Assembly (NCBI GenBank): GCA_021789975.1
Contig: JAJYIT010000001.1
Location: 12,247-76,246 of the forward strand
Length of the DNA stretch: 64,000 nucleotides
Direction: 5' to 3'
Source: Bacteroidota bacterium
GTDB taxonomy: Bacteria; Bacteroidota; Ignavibacteria; Kryptoniales; JAKASW01
The notes beneath the pieces were generated by a model. The model was not told where the DNA came from. It made no database searches and was given only the letters and a program-made list of their open reading frames with translations. This document shows, piece by piece, positions 36,413-45,886 of this stretch (position 1 is the stretch's first letter; the number at the start of each line of letters is the position of its first letter). The position numbers and the translations under genes are program-made.

Positions 36413-37011
36413 TTCCTAAAATAGGGATCCAATTCATTTCTTAAAAACAGCCTTGCGCGGTGTAGCCTCGATTTCACTGCAGGAACCGACAAATTTAGAG
36501 CATTTCCGACTTCCTGGGTTGAGAGCCCTTCGACGTCTCTCATCACAAATACGATGCGATAATCGAGCGGAAGATTCTCGATAGCCTTGTCGAGCACCTC
36601 TTTCAATTCCTTGTTCAAAATGGCGTCGTGCGGTGTTTCCCCCCAGTGGGCGACTTGAAGCTCACCCGTCTCTTTGAGAAGTTCAGTCTCGTCGAGCGAG
36701 ACAACCGGCTCATGGGATTTCTTCCTGTGCATCATGAGGCAGTTGTTTGTCACGATGCGATAAAGCCACGTGGAAAATTTCGACTTGCCGGAGAATGACT
36801 TGATCCCTCGGTATGCGTTTATGAAGGTCTCCTGCAAAACCTCCTCGGCTTTTTCAGGGTCGCGGCAAATCTTGAAAGCAAAACTGTAGACCATCTGCTC
36901 GTACTTCTTGACGAGCTTTCCAAAAGCGCGCTTGTCACCGGCTTTGGAGGAGGCGATTAACGCTGTGTCATCGTCCAAACGAAACTCCCAACTGGTCGTA
37001 TCCAAAATCAA
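36409..37011 (-). CDS. ECF-type RNA polymerase sigma-70 factor
   Basis: Region 2 reads YEQMVYSFAFKICRDPEKAEEVLQETFINAYR. Region 4 contains the helix-turn-helix LSTQEVGNALNLSVPAVKSRLHRAR. Confidence 0.9.
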   Translation of the reverse strand: MILDTTSWEFRLDDDTALIASSKAGDKRAFGKLVKKYEQMVYSFAFKICRDPEKAEEVLQETFINAYRGIKSFSGKSKFSTWLYRIVTNNCLMMHRKKSHEPVVSLDETELLKETGELQVAHWGETPHDAILNKELKEVLDKAIENLPLDYRIVFVMRDVEGLSTQEVGNALNLSVPAVKSRLHRARLFLRNELDPYFRK

Positions 37012-37090
37012 GAAGATCTGCCTCGGAGACGCTAAGACGCGAGGTTTCTCTCGTCATTTTGAGTGTCTGCGCCTCCCCGTCTTTGTGGTA

Positions 37091-37978
37091 TCAAGATGTC
37101 TTTTCATTCGTTGTCCGAGTTGCAGCCAAGTATGTGTTCTTCATCAGCATTGAGATTGTCATAGCGCCAACCCCGCCGGGTACAGGCGTTATCCATCCGG
37201 CAATCTCTTTTGCGGCTTCAAAATCCACGTCTCCGACCAACCCTTCTTCCGTCCTGTTTATGCCTACATCCAGAACGGCTGCGCCCGGTTTTATGAACTC
37301 CCTGGTTATGAACCTCGGCTTTCCGATTACAGCAACCAGTATATCTGCCTCTCTGCATACACCGGCAAGGTCCTTCGTTCTGGAGTGCGCTATGGTCACG
37401 GTGGCATTCTTTGATAGTAGCAATGCTGCAGTCGGTTTACCACCGAGGTTGGAGCGTCCGACGACCACCGCTCGCTTCCCAGAGACATCGATGCCATATT
37501 TCTCGAGGAGTACCATCATGCCGTACGGTGTGCAAGGGAGTAGAAGTCGTTTATCCACGATCTCTCCCCACGACTTAGTCTCTGTGTAAAGCCCGATATT
37601 GAAAGGATGCAAAGCGTCGACATCTTTTGCCGGATCGATCTGTTGGATCACCTTGCAATCATCTATATGCTTTGGAAGGGGCATCTGGACCAGGATACCG
37701 TGAACCCTTTCGTCACGATTGAACTGGTCCACCTTCTGAAGCACGTCTTTTTCTGAAACGCTTTCTGGCATCTTCTCCGTTACTGAATAATATCCCAGCG
37801 ATTCGCAGGCTTTTGACTTGTTCTTAACGTAAACCTCGGAGGCGGGATCGTTTCCGACAAGGATGAATGCAAGTCCTGGAGTTACTCCCTTTTCTGATTT
37901 CAATTTCTCAGTCAGGAGTTTTACTTCACTTTTGATCTCCTGCGAGACCGATTTACCGTCGATAATTACTGATGTCAT
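37091..37978 (-). CDS. folD: Bifunctional methylenetetrahydrofolate dehydrogenase/methenyl-THF cyclohydrolase
   Basis: PGLAFILVGNDPASEVYVKNK, VVVGRSNLGGKPTAALL and ITPVPGGVGAMTISMLM are the canonical FolD blocks. Confidence 0.95.
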   Translation of the reverse strand: MTSVIIDGKSVSQEIKSEVKLLTEKLKSEKGVTPGLAFILVGNDPASEVYVKNKSKACESLGYYSVTEKMPESVSEKDVLQKVDQFNRDERVHGILVQMPLPKHIDDCKVIQQIDPAKDVDALHPFNIGLYTETKSWGEIVDKRLLLPCTPYGMMVLLEKYGIDVSGKRAVVVGRSNLGGKPTAALLLSKNATVTIAHSRTKDLAGVCREADILVAVIGKPRFITREFIKPGAAVLDVGINRTEEGLVGDVDFEAAKEIAGWITPVPGGVGAMTISMLMKNTYLAATRTTNEKTS

Positions 37979-38025
37979 TCGGAGTTACTTATGGATTTAG
38001 ATTTCTGAGTGGATTTGTCAGTCGT

Positions 38026-38883
38026 TCATTTGCCTGATGTCTCATTCGATACCGGCACAGGATTTACACTCTGGTCAAAAGCTGGATACAGTATCCTCTC
38101 TATACTGACTGCCTTTCCGTTGGCCCTATCTATTGCCAGGACAACAGCGGCAATTTTCGCGTCGCTGTCAGCTGCCTCGTACTTTGACGGAGTGGCATAT
38201 ATGAATCTCTTCATGGCATTTTCTTTCTTCATACCGATTATGGAGTCGTAGGGGCCCGTCATCCCGACATCGGTAATATAAGCAGTGCCCTTCGGAAGGA
38301 TTCTCTCGTCGGCGGTTTGAACATGGGAGTGTGTGCCGATAACCGCGCTAACCTTACCATCCAGGTACCAGCCCATAGCAACTTTTTCCGCCGTTGCTTC
38401 CGCGTGCATATCGACAATTACGAGGTTTGTTTCCGCTTTTATCTTCTCCAGTGCCCAGTCTGAGGTTCTGAATGGACAATCAATCGGATACATGAATGTT
38501 CTACCTTGAAGATTGAGAACTCCAACCTTCCCCTTGTGTCCAAGGTCGTAAACAACGTAGCCTGATCCAAACGATCCCTTTGGAAAATTAAGTGGCCTAA
38601 GGAGGTTCCTCTCCTGCATCATGTATTCATGGATCTGGAATTTATCCCAGATATGGTTTCCGCTGGTGAGGACGTTGATCCCGGCGCCGAAGAATCTTTG
38701 TGCAATCTTGTCTGTGATACCCTTGCCATCAGCGGCGTTCTCGCCGTTGGCCACTACGAAATCTATCTTGTACTTGTCGACAAAACCTCTCAGGAAATTA
38801 GTGACCATCCCGATACCAGGATTACCAACTATGTCCCCAATGAAAAGAATATTGAGTGTTTCCAGTTTCTCTCCTTTCGGCAT
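38026..38883 (-). CDS. ymdB: YmdB-like (TIGR00282) metallophosphoesterase / 2',3'-cyclic-nucleotide phosphodiesterase
   Basis: Typical blocks are LNILFIGDIVGNPG, VVANGENAADGKGIT, GNHIWD and GTHSHVQTADERIL. Confidence 0.85.
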   Translation of the reverse strand: MPKGEKLETLNILFIGDIVGNPGIGMVTNFLRGFVDKYKIDFVVANGENAADGKGITDKIAQRFFGAGINVLTSGNHIWDKFQIHEYMMQERNLLRPLNFPKGSFGSGYVVYDLGHKGKVGVLNLQGRTFMYPIDCPFRTSDWALEKIKAETNLVIVDMHAEATAEKVAMGWYLDGKVSAVIGTHSHVQTADERILPKGTAYITDVGMTGPYDSIIGMKKENAMKRFIYATPSKYEAADSDAKIAAVVLAIDRANGKAVSIERILYPAFDQSVNPVPVSNETSGK

Positions 38884-39204
38884 GTCCTTCTAAGTAAATT
38901 CATCCGAACGATGCCGGCCTTTTCCCAAAATATAACCCCAAAATCGGAGAAATAGAAGGCAATTGACTAACCGCAATACCCTTTTTGAGATATTGTGTCC
39001 TCCTGCGAGCGATTCGCTATTTACTCTTGGTAATCTGCGTCCGTGGCAATTTAACCGCAGAGATGTTCCTAAATGCCTCCGGGTCATGTAAATCCGGTCC
39101 TTTTCAGTCTACAAACGATTTTTTTTGGCGTTTCCGTTCCGGCATAGCCGTTGAAAGTACCAAGGGAGTATGAGGAGTTTTACATATATATTGGAGAAGC
39201 AGTA

Positions 39205-41529
39205 ATGGAGCGGTATCTAACATTAGTCCCCTTGCTTGCGTCGGTCGTCAGCATTGGGCTCTATGCACTTTCAAATAAATCAGAAAAACGCCTGCAGCAG
39301 GCGCGGTCATTCTTCTACATAAGCGCCTTTACAACGATTGTCCTCTTCGGGTATTTCCTTTTTCTGATCCTTACACACCAGTATCAGTACACATATGTTT
39401 GGAGCTATAGCGCCAACAACCTTTCAGGGCCATTGTTATTGTCGACTTCCTACGCCGGTCAGGAGGGGAGCTTCTTTCTGTGGACAACATACACGGCAAT
39501 TATTGGAATCTTCCTCCTGGGTTATTCTAAACGGCATGATTATGAATCGATTGTGATTCCGATTTTGCTGTTGTTCATGGTTTTTGTACTAACCATTCTT
39601 ATCATCAAGAGTCCATTCTCAAAGGTTTGGCAATCATACGCTGATGTCCCAGTGGGCACTACTCCACAGGATGGCCGCGGTCTGAATCCACTCCTTCAAA
39701 ATTTCTGGATTGTGATTCACCCGCCGATACTGTTTCTTGGTTTTGCCACGGCCATTGTACCTTTTGCCTACGCGGTAGCCGGACTTGTAAAGAAAGACTA
39801 CATAAATTGGGCAAGTTACCTTCAGCCATGGCTCGTGCTTAACATCTTGACGCTCGGGGCAGGCATCATCATCGGAGGCTACTGGGCATACATCACTCTT
39901 GGATGGGGAGGCTTCTGGGGATGGGATCCTGTTGAGAACTCTTCGCTCATCCCGTGGTTATTCTCAGCTGCCGCGCTGCATACGATCCTCGTCGCAAGAA
40001 GGGCGAAGGGTTATCTCAAAACGAGTTTCGTACTTACAATCATAAGTTTCGTCCTGGTACTCTACAGCACATTTCTTACACGGAGCGGGGTACTCGGAGA
40101 TACGTCAGTTCATTCATTTGTCGATCCCGGCCAGAGTGAGTATATCATACTTGTTGCAATGATCGGGGTATTCATTGTTTTGGGATTCGTCCCTTTTTTC
40201 AAGAGAATAAATTCAATCCCGAGCGCGGGGGTCAGCCACAATTTGCTGTCGCGAGAGAACGCGTTGTTTTTAGGCGCAGCTTCCCTCTCTGTGCTGTCGC
40301 TATTCGTCCTCGTAGGAACCTCCTCTCCCATAATCACTGGACTGCTCCAGGGAAAACCAACGGCAGTTGACTCCTCATACTACGTGACAACAAGCCTCCC
40401 GCTCGGGTTCCTCATTATTGCCCTAATCGGTTTTGCACAACTACTCTGGTGGGACAGAGCGGACAAGGGAGCATTTAGAAAGAATTTAACGTTGCCTGTT
40501 GCCGCAGCGCTGCTGGCAGTAATCTTGTCTTTGTTGCTGTCGGTCACTAACGTCGCAGTTGTCATAATAGTGGCCGCCGCCGCATTCGCTTTCGTGGCAC
40601 ATACGGCTGCATTGCTTAGAATAGTCAGGGGAAATCCGAAATTTATCGGAGGGCCGATCTCCCACGCTGCACTTGCGCTGATGTTTATCGGGATCGTCGC
40701 TTCAACCGCTTTGGAGACCAAGACCACCGTTCAACTGAGGAAGGGAATACCGGTCAAAGTCAACGATGCCGAATTGACGTACACCTCCAGAACTAAGGTG
40801 GATAACAAGGACGCATACGTTGTCGAGCTTAAGGACGGGAGCGGCGTAACCAAACTGGAACCGATTATGTACTATAGTAATTACACCCAGGCTACCATGC
40901 GCGAGCCAGACATAAAAGGTTACTTCGGATACGATTTGTACGTTAGTCCGATGGCATTCACCGAGGGAAATACTGCCGATATGTCGGCCGGCGGGGTTGA
41001 TGTTGTCACCCTGGAAAAAGGAAAGCCGACGAAGCTTGCAGACAGCACGGAGTTGACTCTGACGAAATTTGATATGAACCAGACTAGTCACACCGCAATG
41101 GAGCAAGGCGGGAGCTTTGGAGTGGCTGCCGTCATCAGCGCAACCAAAGACGGCAAGACGATTCAGGTTGCGCCGGAGCTGAACTTCACCAACGGCAAGC
41201 GTGAGGCCGTTCCGGCAACTGCATTCGGCCATATGCTGGCAATAATGAACATGAATGTGGGAATGGGAGGACCCGGTAGCACCTCTTCTGTTACACTTGT
41301 GGTTCACTCTGCAAGCGTGAACGATGCCGCAGCTGCGCCGATACTGACCGTCGAGATAGACAAGAAGCCGCTTATCGGGTTTCTCTGGGCGGGGACGATA
41401 TTGCTTTTCATAGGCCTGGGGATTTCGATGTACAGGCGGTTCACCGAAGAGAGCGTTGCGAGAAAACTGTCACCAGTAATGGTTTCGGTCGAGACTAACG
41501 AAGCCGAGACACAGAATGTCCAAGGTTGA
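39205..41529 (+). CDS. ccmF: CcmF/NrfE-family cytochrome c heme lyase
   Basis: The WWD motif is WAYITLGWGGFWGWDPVENSSLIPWL. Other features are the N-terminal YQYTYVWSYS and YAGQEGSFFLW, about 15 TM segments, and a C-terminal periplasmic domain with a final TM. ATG 39205 is more plausible than the ORF-track start 39151. Confidence 0.85.
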   Translation: MERYLTLVPLLASVVSIGLYALSNKSEKRLQQARSFFYISAFTTIVLFGYFLFLILTHQYQYTYVWSYSANNLSGPLLLSTSYAGQEGSFFLWTTYTAIIGIFLLGYSKRHDYESIVIPILLLFMVFVLTILIIKSPFSKVWQSYADVPVGTTPQDGRGLNPLLQNFWIVIHPPILFLGFATAIVPFAYAVAGLVKKDYINWASYLQPWLVLNILTLGAGIIIGGYWAYITLGWGGFWGWDPVENSSLIPWLFSAAALHTILVARRAKGYLKTSFVLTIISFVLVLYSTFLTRSGVLGDTSVHSFVDPGQSEYIILVAMIGVFIVLGFVPFFKRINSIPSAGVSHNLLSRENALFLGAASLSVLSLFVLVGTSSPIITGLLQGKPTAVDSSYYVTTSLPLGFLIIALIGFAQLLWWDRADKGAFRKNLTLPVAAALLAVILSLLLSVTNVAVVIIVAAAAFAFVAHTAALLRIVRGNPKFIGGPISHAALALMFIGIVASTALETKTTVQLRKGIPVKVNDAELTYTSRTKVDNKDAYVVELKDGSGVTKLEPIMYYSNYTQATMREPDIKGYFGYDLYVSPMAFTEGNTADMSAGGVDVVTLEKGKPTKLADSTELTLTKFDMNQTSHTAMEQGGSFGVAAVISATKDGKTIQVAPELNFTNGKREAVPATAFGHMLAIMNMNVGMGGPGSTSSVTLVVHSASVNDAAAAPILTVEIDKKPLIGFLWAGTILLFIGLGISMYRRFTEESVARKLSPVMVSVETNEAETQNVQG

Positions 41530-41845
41530 TTTTCAATACATAGACAATATCAAGACCATTGTCTGCAAGCAATGTTCGAAGAGCGACGCGAACGGCAAAT
41601 GCATGGCTCCTCCTCTGGGGAACTGTGTTCTCGAGATGTACCTCCCGCAGGTGACCAGGGCACTTGAACTGGCGCATGGCGGGAAGCTCGATGACTATCT
41701 GGTATCTCTCAGGACTGAAGTCTGCTCCGTGTGCAAGGAGAGATCGGATAACGGCTATTGCTACACAAGCGACAGTTATGGCTGCCCGCTTGAGTCATTC
41801 TTTAGAACAGTTGCGGATGCGGCGGTGGGCTTAGACGCGGTTTAA
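41516..41845 (+). CDS. Small Cys8 protein with two tandem CxxC-x8-C-x7-C modules; function unknown
   Basis: The two modules are CKQCSKSDANGKCMAPPLGNCVLEMYLPQV and CSVCKERSDNGYCYTSDSYGCPLESFFRTV, with identical Cys spacing. It overlaps the ccmF-like gene by 14 nt and has no signal peptide or TM segment. Confidence 0.6.
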   Translation: MSKVDFQYIDNIKTIVCKQCSKSDANGKCMAPPLGNCVLEMYLPQVTRALELAHGGKLDDYLVSLRTEVCSVCKERSDNGYCYTSDSYGCPLESFFRTVADAAVGLDAV

Positions 41846-41921
41846 CCCGCGATCTGTATCGCATTTAGAGAAAAACTTTGACAGCTCGATCCTCATCCCA
41901 GAGAATCGACTGCTCCTCCTC

Positions 41922-41951
41922 AACGCGGCCTGGTCTCCTCCGGGCCGCGTT
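41922..41951 (+). terminator. Stem-loop, possible terminator of the ccmF-like operon
   Basis: A perfect 9-bp stem aacgcggcc/ggccgcgtt with a 12-nt loop is followed by cctcttt, a weak U tract. Confidence 0.4.
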
Positions 41952-42020
41952 CCTCTTTCGGTCCGAAAAGAATTGGCACACGGATTACAAAGATCCTGAC
42001 GGATTCTAGCGAATATTGGA

Positions 42021-42648
42021 TTGACTAACTTGGGACAGGGCGAAGAAAGTCCAAATCCGGGCGCGCTTCCTATAGAGGGTATCCTGAAAAGGGGAACACT
42101 TCCGCGTGCCGGTGGAGTAATCCTGTATCGTCGAATATCGTGGTCGCCGGATAGCTCGATCTATGCAGTGGTTACTTCGTACAGGTACGGACTTCCTCGC
42201 ATTACTGCTGACGCACACTCCTGCAAATCAAAAGCGCAAAAGAATGCACCGCACCATCATCGTCAGTTTTACAGCACAGAGAGCAAAATTGGAATCTTCT
42301 CCGCAGGTGGAAAGCTGCTATGTGCGAGGAGTTTCGTTTCTCAGGATCACGAACACGGCATGAGGATCTTCAGGGTTGGGTGGACAAAAGATTCCCGGTA
42401 TATGGTTTTCAACTGAGCCTCTTCTGGTGGACATCAGCCTGGTCGTTTGCTCACGTATGTCTACAGTGCTCGAAATAACACGGTATTATTGTTTGACCCC
42501 TTTGTCGGGGAGCCAGGTAGCTCGCGATTTCGTATTGGGGCCCGGAGACAGCCTCACCGTAGTTGTTGGGAGATTCCACCGAACTGGTAAGTATACCGAC
42601 ACCCTGGTGGTGACAGTCGATCTTCATGATCTTAATAAGCACAGGTGA
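42021..42648 (+). pseudogene. Possible remnant of a PD40/WD40-like beta-propeller protein (frameshift near 42405-42415, no ATG, no signal peptide)
   Basis: ISWSPDSSIYAVV and VGWTKDSRYMVF look like PD40 repeats. The frame ends at 42416, and the +1 frame continues STEPLLVDISLVV...VTVDLHDLNKHR*. Confidence 0.3.
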
Positions 42649-42693
42649 AAAGCTCAGCCCGATAAGCCATGAATCCGCTATTCCATTTTCCCA

Positions 42694-43179
42694 TCATTCT
42701 CTTGTTCCCACTTCCACCTCGGTTGCTCCCAGCACTCTCCTCAATTCTGCAGGGTCGATCTGGACGAGGAACCCTCGCTTCCCGCCGTTTATGTAGATCT
42801 TGCGCAAATCGAAGATCGTCTTCTCGGCGTACACCGGCAGTCTCTTTCTCGTTCCGAACGGACTCGTGCCGCCGAACTCGTACCCCGTGTGCTTTCGAGC
42901 AACATCAGCAGTGCATAGCTCGACATGCTTGACTCCGATAGTGCGGGCAAGCTGCTTTGTGGAGACTTCGAGGTCGCCGTGCATCAGGACGATGAGCGGC
43001 TGTTTCTCATCCGTTTGGAGGACAATTGTCTTGATTACCTGATGCTCCGGCACTCCGAGCGCTTTGGCCGATACGCTTGTACCACCATGTTCAACATAAG
43101 TGTAGATGTGGGGGACAAACTCAACGTGGTCCTCCCTCAATTGCCTCACGGCTGTCGTGATCGGATAATCAACACTCAT
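42694..43179 (-). CDS. ybaK: Cys-tRNA(Pro)/Cys-tRNA(Cys) deacylase, YbaK/EbsC family
   Basis: The YbaK pattern is TTAVRQLRE..VEF..H.Y, VIKTIVLQTDEKQPLIVLMHGDLEVSTKQLA and TGYEFGGTSPFG. Confidence 0.85.
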   Translation of the reverse strand: MSVDYPITTAVRQLREDHVEFVPHIYTYVEHGGTSVSAKALGVPEHQVIKTIVLQTDEKQPLIVLMHGDLEVSTKQLARTIGVKHVELCTADVARKHTGYEFGGTSPFGTRKRLPVYAEKTIFDLRKIYINGGKRGFLVQIDPAELRRVLGATEVEVGTRE

Positions 43180-43210
43180 GGCAATCCACGGTATTCGGTT
43201 GTAGTGATTC

Positions 43211-43591
43211 TCAATGTTTACCTTCGGAATGCCTGATCTTCATCGGCTTCCGTTTCAGCTTCGGGTGTGCTGCCCGAACTCCATAGCGAGCTAGATCAAT
43301 CTTCGCGTTCGTGAATACAATTCCTTCTTGTTCAAGAAGCTTCCTTTGCCGTTCATGTCCCGGAGTGTGCTTACGTAGTGAGATCAGCCCTTTGCAGTTA
43401 ATGACGCGGTGCCATGGAACATCGGAACCCGACTTTAGATTGTGAAGGGCGTATCCCACCAGCCTGGCGTGCTCTCTGAATCCGCATGACCAGGCGATGT
43501 CGCCGTAAGTGGCTACTCTTCCCCGGGGAATTTTCTTTACCGCTTTGTATATGGTCTCGTACAGAGTCGACTGTGGTTTTTTCATCAGCAT
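43211..43591 (-). CDS. Alkyltransferase-like (ATL) protein: MGMT DNA-binding fold with Trp replacing the acceptor Cys
   Basis: IPRGRVATYGDIA...VGYAL is the MGMT helix-turn-helix. The active-site motif reads VPWHRVIN instead of PCHRV. Confidence 0.8.
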   Translation of the reverse strand: MLMKKPQSTLYETIYKAVKKIPRGRVATYGDIAWSCGFREHARLVGYALHNLKSGSDVPWHRVINCKGLISLRKHTPGHERQRKLLEQEGIVFTNAKIDLARYGVRAAHPKLKRKPMKIRHSEGKH

Positions 43592-43662
43592 AAATTACGA
43601 AGCGACGGGTCAAAAGCAAGCATTGTAAGAAACGCGATCGAAATCGTAAATTCATTCTTACA

Positions 43663-44085
43663 ATGTGGATCTTGCTCGACCTTATAGCGTTTCTCGGTTT
43701 CCTCAAATCATTCTACTTTATGGCCGTGGCCATGAACGTTATCCCCGCTGATAGCTCACTCATTCCCGCCATCTGTCGGATGAAAAGAAGTGAGTGCTTG
43801 AGCCTGCTGAGCTACGCGCAGTCGAATTTTTTGTCCTTGTCTAATTATGTCGCTGGTCTCATTTACTATCCGCTAATTTTCCTGCTCGCTTTCTTGGTCC
43901 TTCTACACTCTTCGCAATCTGTTCTTGCATTCGCATTTGGCATCTCACTTACAACCGTGTTTCTGGGTATCTACCCGTCATTTGAGCTTGTTGCCAGGTT
44001 AAAAATACTATGCCGGCTGTGCTTTGCAGATCATGTCCTGAATCTTTTGGTAGCCGTAGTAATCGGCAGCTTCCTGAAATGGTGA
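43663..44085 (+). CDS. Vitamin K epoxide reductase (VKOR) family membrane protein
   Basis: It has four TM segments, a loop Cys pair C-x6-C (ICRMKRSECLSLLSYA) and CRLC (CxxC) at the start of the last TM. Confidence 0.6.
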   Translation: MWILLDLIAFLGFLKSFYFMAVAMNVIPADSSLIPAICRMKRSECLSLLSYAQSNFLSLSNYVAGLIYYPLIFLLAFLVLLHSSQSVLAFAFGISLTTVFLGIYPSFELVARLKILCRLCFADHVLNLLVAVVIGSFLKW

Positions 44086-44089
44086 CAGA

Positions 44090-45718
44090 ATGGTAAACAA
44101 CTACTTCACATTGATTTGTATCTGCGATGAAGTGCGGGACAAGTTGACAGGGAGCAGACTTGTTGCAGCGGTGACTAAGACGAAGAGCACTCTGGAACTC
44201 TTCTTCGTTACCACCGACGGTGGAGCCGCCCGCCTTGTGGTTTCGTGTGCACCCCGGAAGAACTTTCTCTACGTGGAATTTCAGAAGAGTATTAGAGGGA
44301 AGGGTGCGAATGTCCTGCATGAAGCGGTTGGAAAGGTTGTCCGGTCAATTGGACCCGTTGAGTACCAACGGGAAGTTATCATAGAATTTATGGACGGGAC
44401 TTCCATCCGAGCGCGTCTTTTCGGATCGTCTGCAAATGTTTTCTTCCTGGATAGCGGAAATGCAGTTGTTACTTCGTTCCTCAAAACGGATGATCGCGCG
44501 CGAGAGAAAATAGTCTCGACACCGGGGAATGTGAAGCACTTCCCGGATGGCCCTGATGATTTGCGGTCAAACCTGTCGCAGAATAATGGCTCCACGCTAC
44601 GGAACATACCCAAAGTGGTTTCCGGGTTTGACCTCTTTCTGTCACGTGAGGCACTCTTTCGGTTTCAGAAGCGAATGTGCCTTTCGGATCAAAGTACCGT
44701 GGAGAAGTTAGAATTGGATACAACCTCTGACCTTGAAACACTACTGGGTATTCTGCATGAAATGCGAAATGAACTTAGCGAGCCGCGACCGCGTATCTAT
44801 ACTTCTGAGGGATATCCGGTTGCTTTCAGCATCATTCCGATAGGGCATGTGAAGTTTGATAATTCGGAGTTGTTTGATTCTTTCAACGAATGTGTGAGGA
44901 AATTTGTCGGTGAATCCGAAAGAGTGGGAAACATCGGCGAAGTCCGTAAGGAAGTCGTGGCGAAGCTGACACACAAGCTCGACGCACTTAGACGTACCAT
45001 GATCAAGATCGAAGAAGATATCTCCAACAATAGAAGTGAAAGATATCAGGCAGCCGGAGAGCGGCTAATGGCAAACCTGGACGAAATTCCACGTGGCACC
45101 GAATCTATAACCATTGAATTACCGGAAGGCAAATTTGAGGCTCATCTGGATCTCTCTCTTACGACGTTGCAGAATGCACAACACTTATTCGAAAAGTCCA
45201 AACGGGCCCGTGCTTCGTCCCAGCAGGCCAAAGAGAGAAAGAAGAGCATCGTCCGGGAAATCGAAAAGGTGGAACGACTCATCAACGACGCGGAAAGAAG
45301 TGTTGATCTAAAATTCCTGGGTTCAATTTCAAAGTCGGTCATAAAAGACGACGCCGAGCACCTGCCTTTCCGTGTCTTTGAAAAGGCGGGTTATAAAATC
45401 TATGTCGGTAAAGACGCTAAAAGTAACGACCAGTTGACATTCGGCTTCGCGAGACCTAACGATGTCTTTCTGCACGCAAGGGGTGTATCCGGTTCACATG
45501 TGATAATTAGAAATCCGTCACGTGACTATCCCGACAAACGGGTTTTGGAATACGCCGCCTCGCTAGCTGCCCATTACAGCAAAGCGAGAACCAGCAGCGT
45601 CGTTCCTGTCTCCTACACGATGAGGAAGTACCTGAAGAAAGCAAAAGGGGTACCCGGTGCGGTTGTGATTAATAGGGAAGAGGTTCTATTCGTGGATAGC
45701 GAAGCCTGGCGAAGGTAA
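44090..45718 (+). CDS. NFACT-family (FbpA/RqcH-like) ribosome quality-control protein with a DUF814/NFACT-R domain
   Basis: It has an N-terminal NFACT-N-like region, a central coiled coil, and C-terminal YKIYVGKDAKSNDQLTF...DVFLHARGVSGSHVIIR (DUF814). Confidence 0.75.
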   Translation: MVNNYFTLICICDEVRDKLTGSRLVAAVTKTKSTLELFFVTTDGGAARLVVSCAPRKNFLYVEFQKSIRGKGANVLHEAVGKVVRSIGPVEYQREVIIEFMDGTSIRARLFGSSANVFFLDSGNAVVTSFLKTDDRAREKIVSTPGNVKHFPDGPDDLRSNLSQNNGSTLRNIPKVVSGFDLFLSREALFRFQKRMCLSDQSTVEKLELDTTSDLETLLGILHEMRNELSEPRPRIYTSEGYPVAFSIIPIGHVKFDNSELFDSFNECVRKFVGESERVGNIGEVRKEVVAKLTHKLDALRRTMIKIEEDISNNRSERYQAAGERLMANLDEIPRGTESITIELPEGKFEAHLDLSLTTLQNAQHLFEKSKRARASSQQAKERKKSIVREIEKVERLINDAERSVDLKFLGSISKSVIKDDAEHLPFRVFEKAGYKIYVGKDAKSNDQLTFGFARPNDVFLHARGVSGSHVIIRNPSRDYPDKRVLEYAASLAAHYSKARTSSVVPVSYTMRKYLKKAKGVPGAVVINREEVLFVDSEAWRR

Positions 45719-45886
45719 TAATTCCAATTCTCAAGTAATCTTTACATCCAGACGCGTCCCATGGAGTGGGGTGGATTGGCCTCTCGTTGGCGTAACCCCT
45801 TGCAAACGTGCGATTTAAGCCCTGTCTCCCGTTGGCCTTTTAGCCAGCGGTAACGGCACGGAATTGCCGAAAGAGAATAGAGAAAA

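Noticed and set aside
45719-45886. The GC-rich structured-looking leader upstream of the receiver-like gene contains ccgttggc/gccagcgg and cggca/tgccg hairpins and could be a riboswitch or sRNA.
   Set aside because: The stems are short, with no match to any riboswitch core I know (TPP, SAM, cobalamin, c-di-GMP, FMN). This needs an Infernal/Rfam scan.
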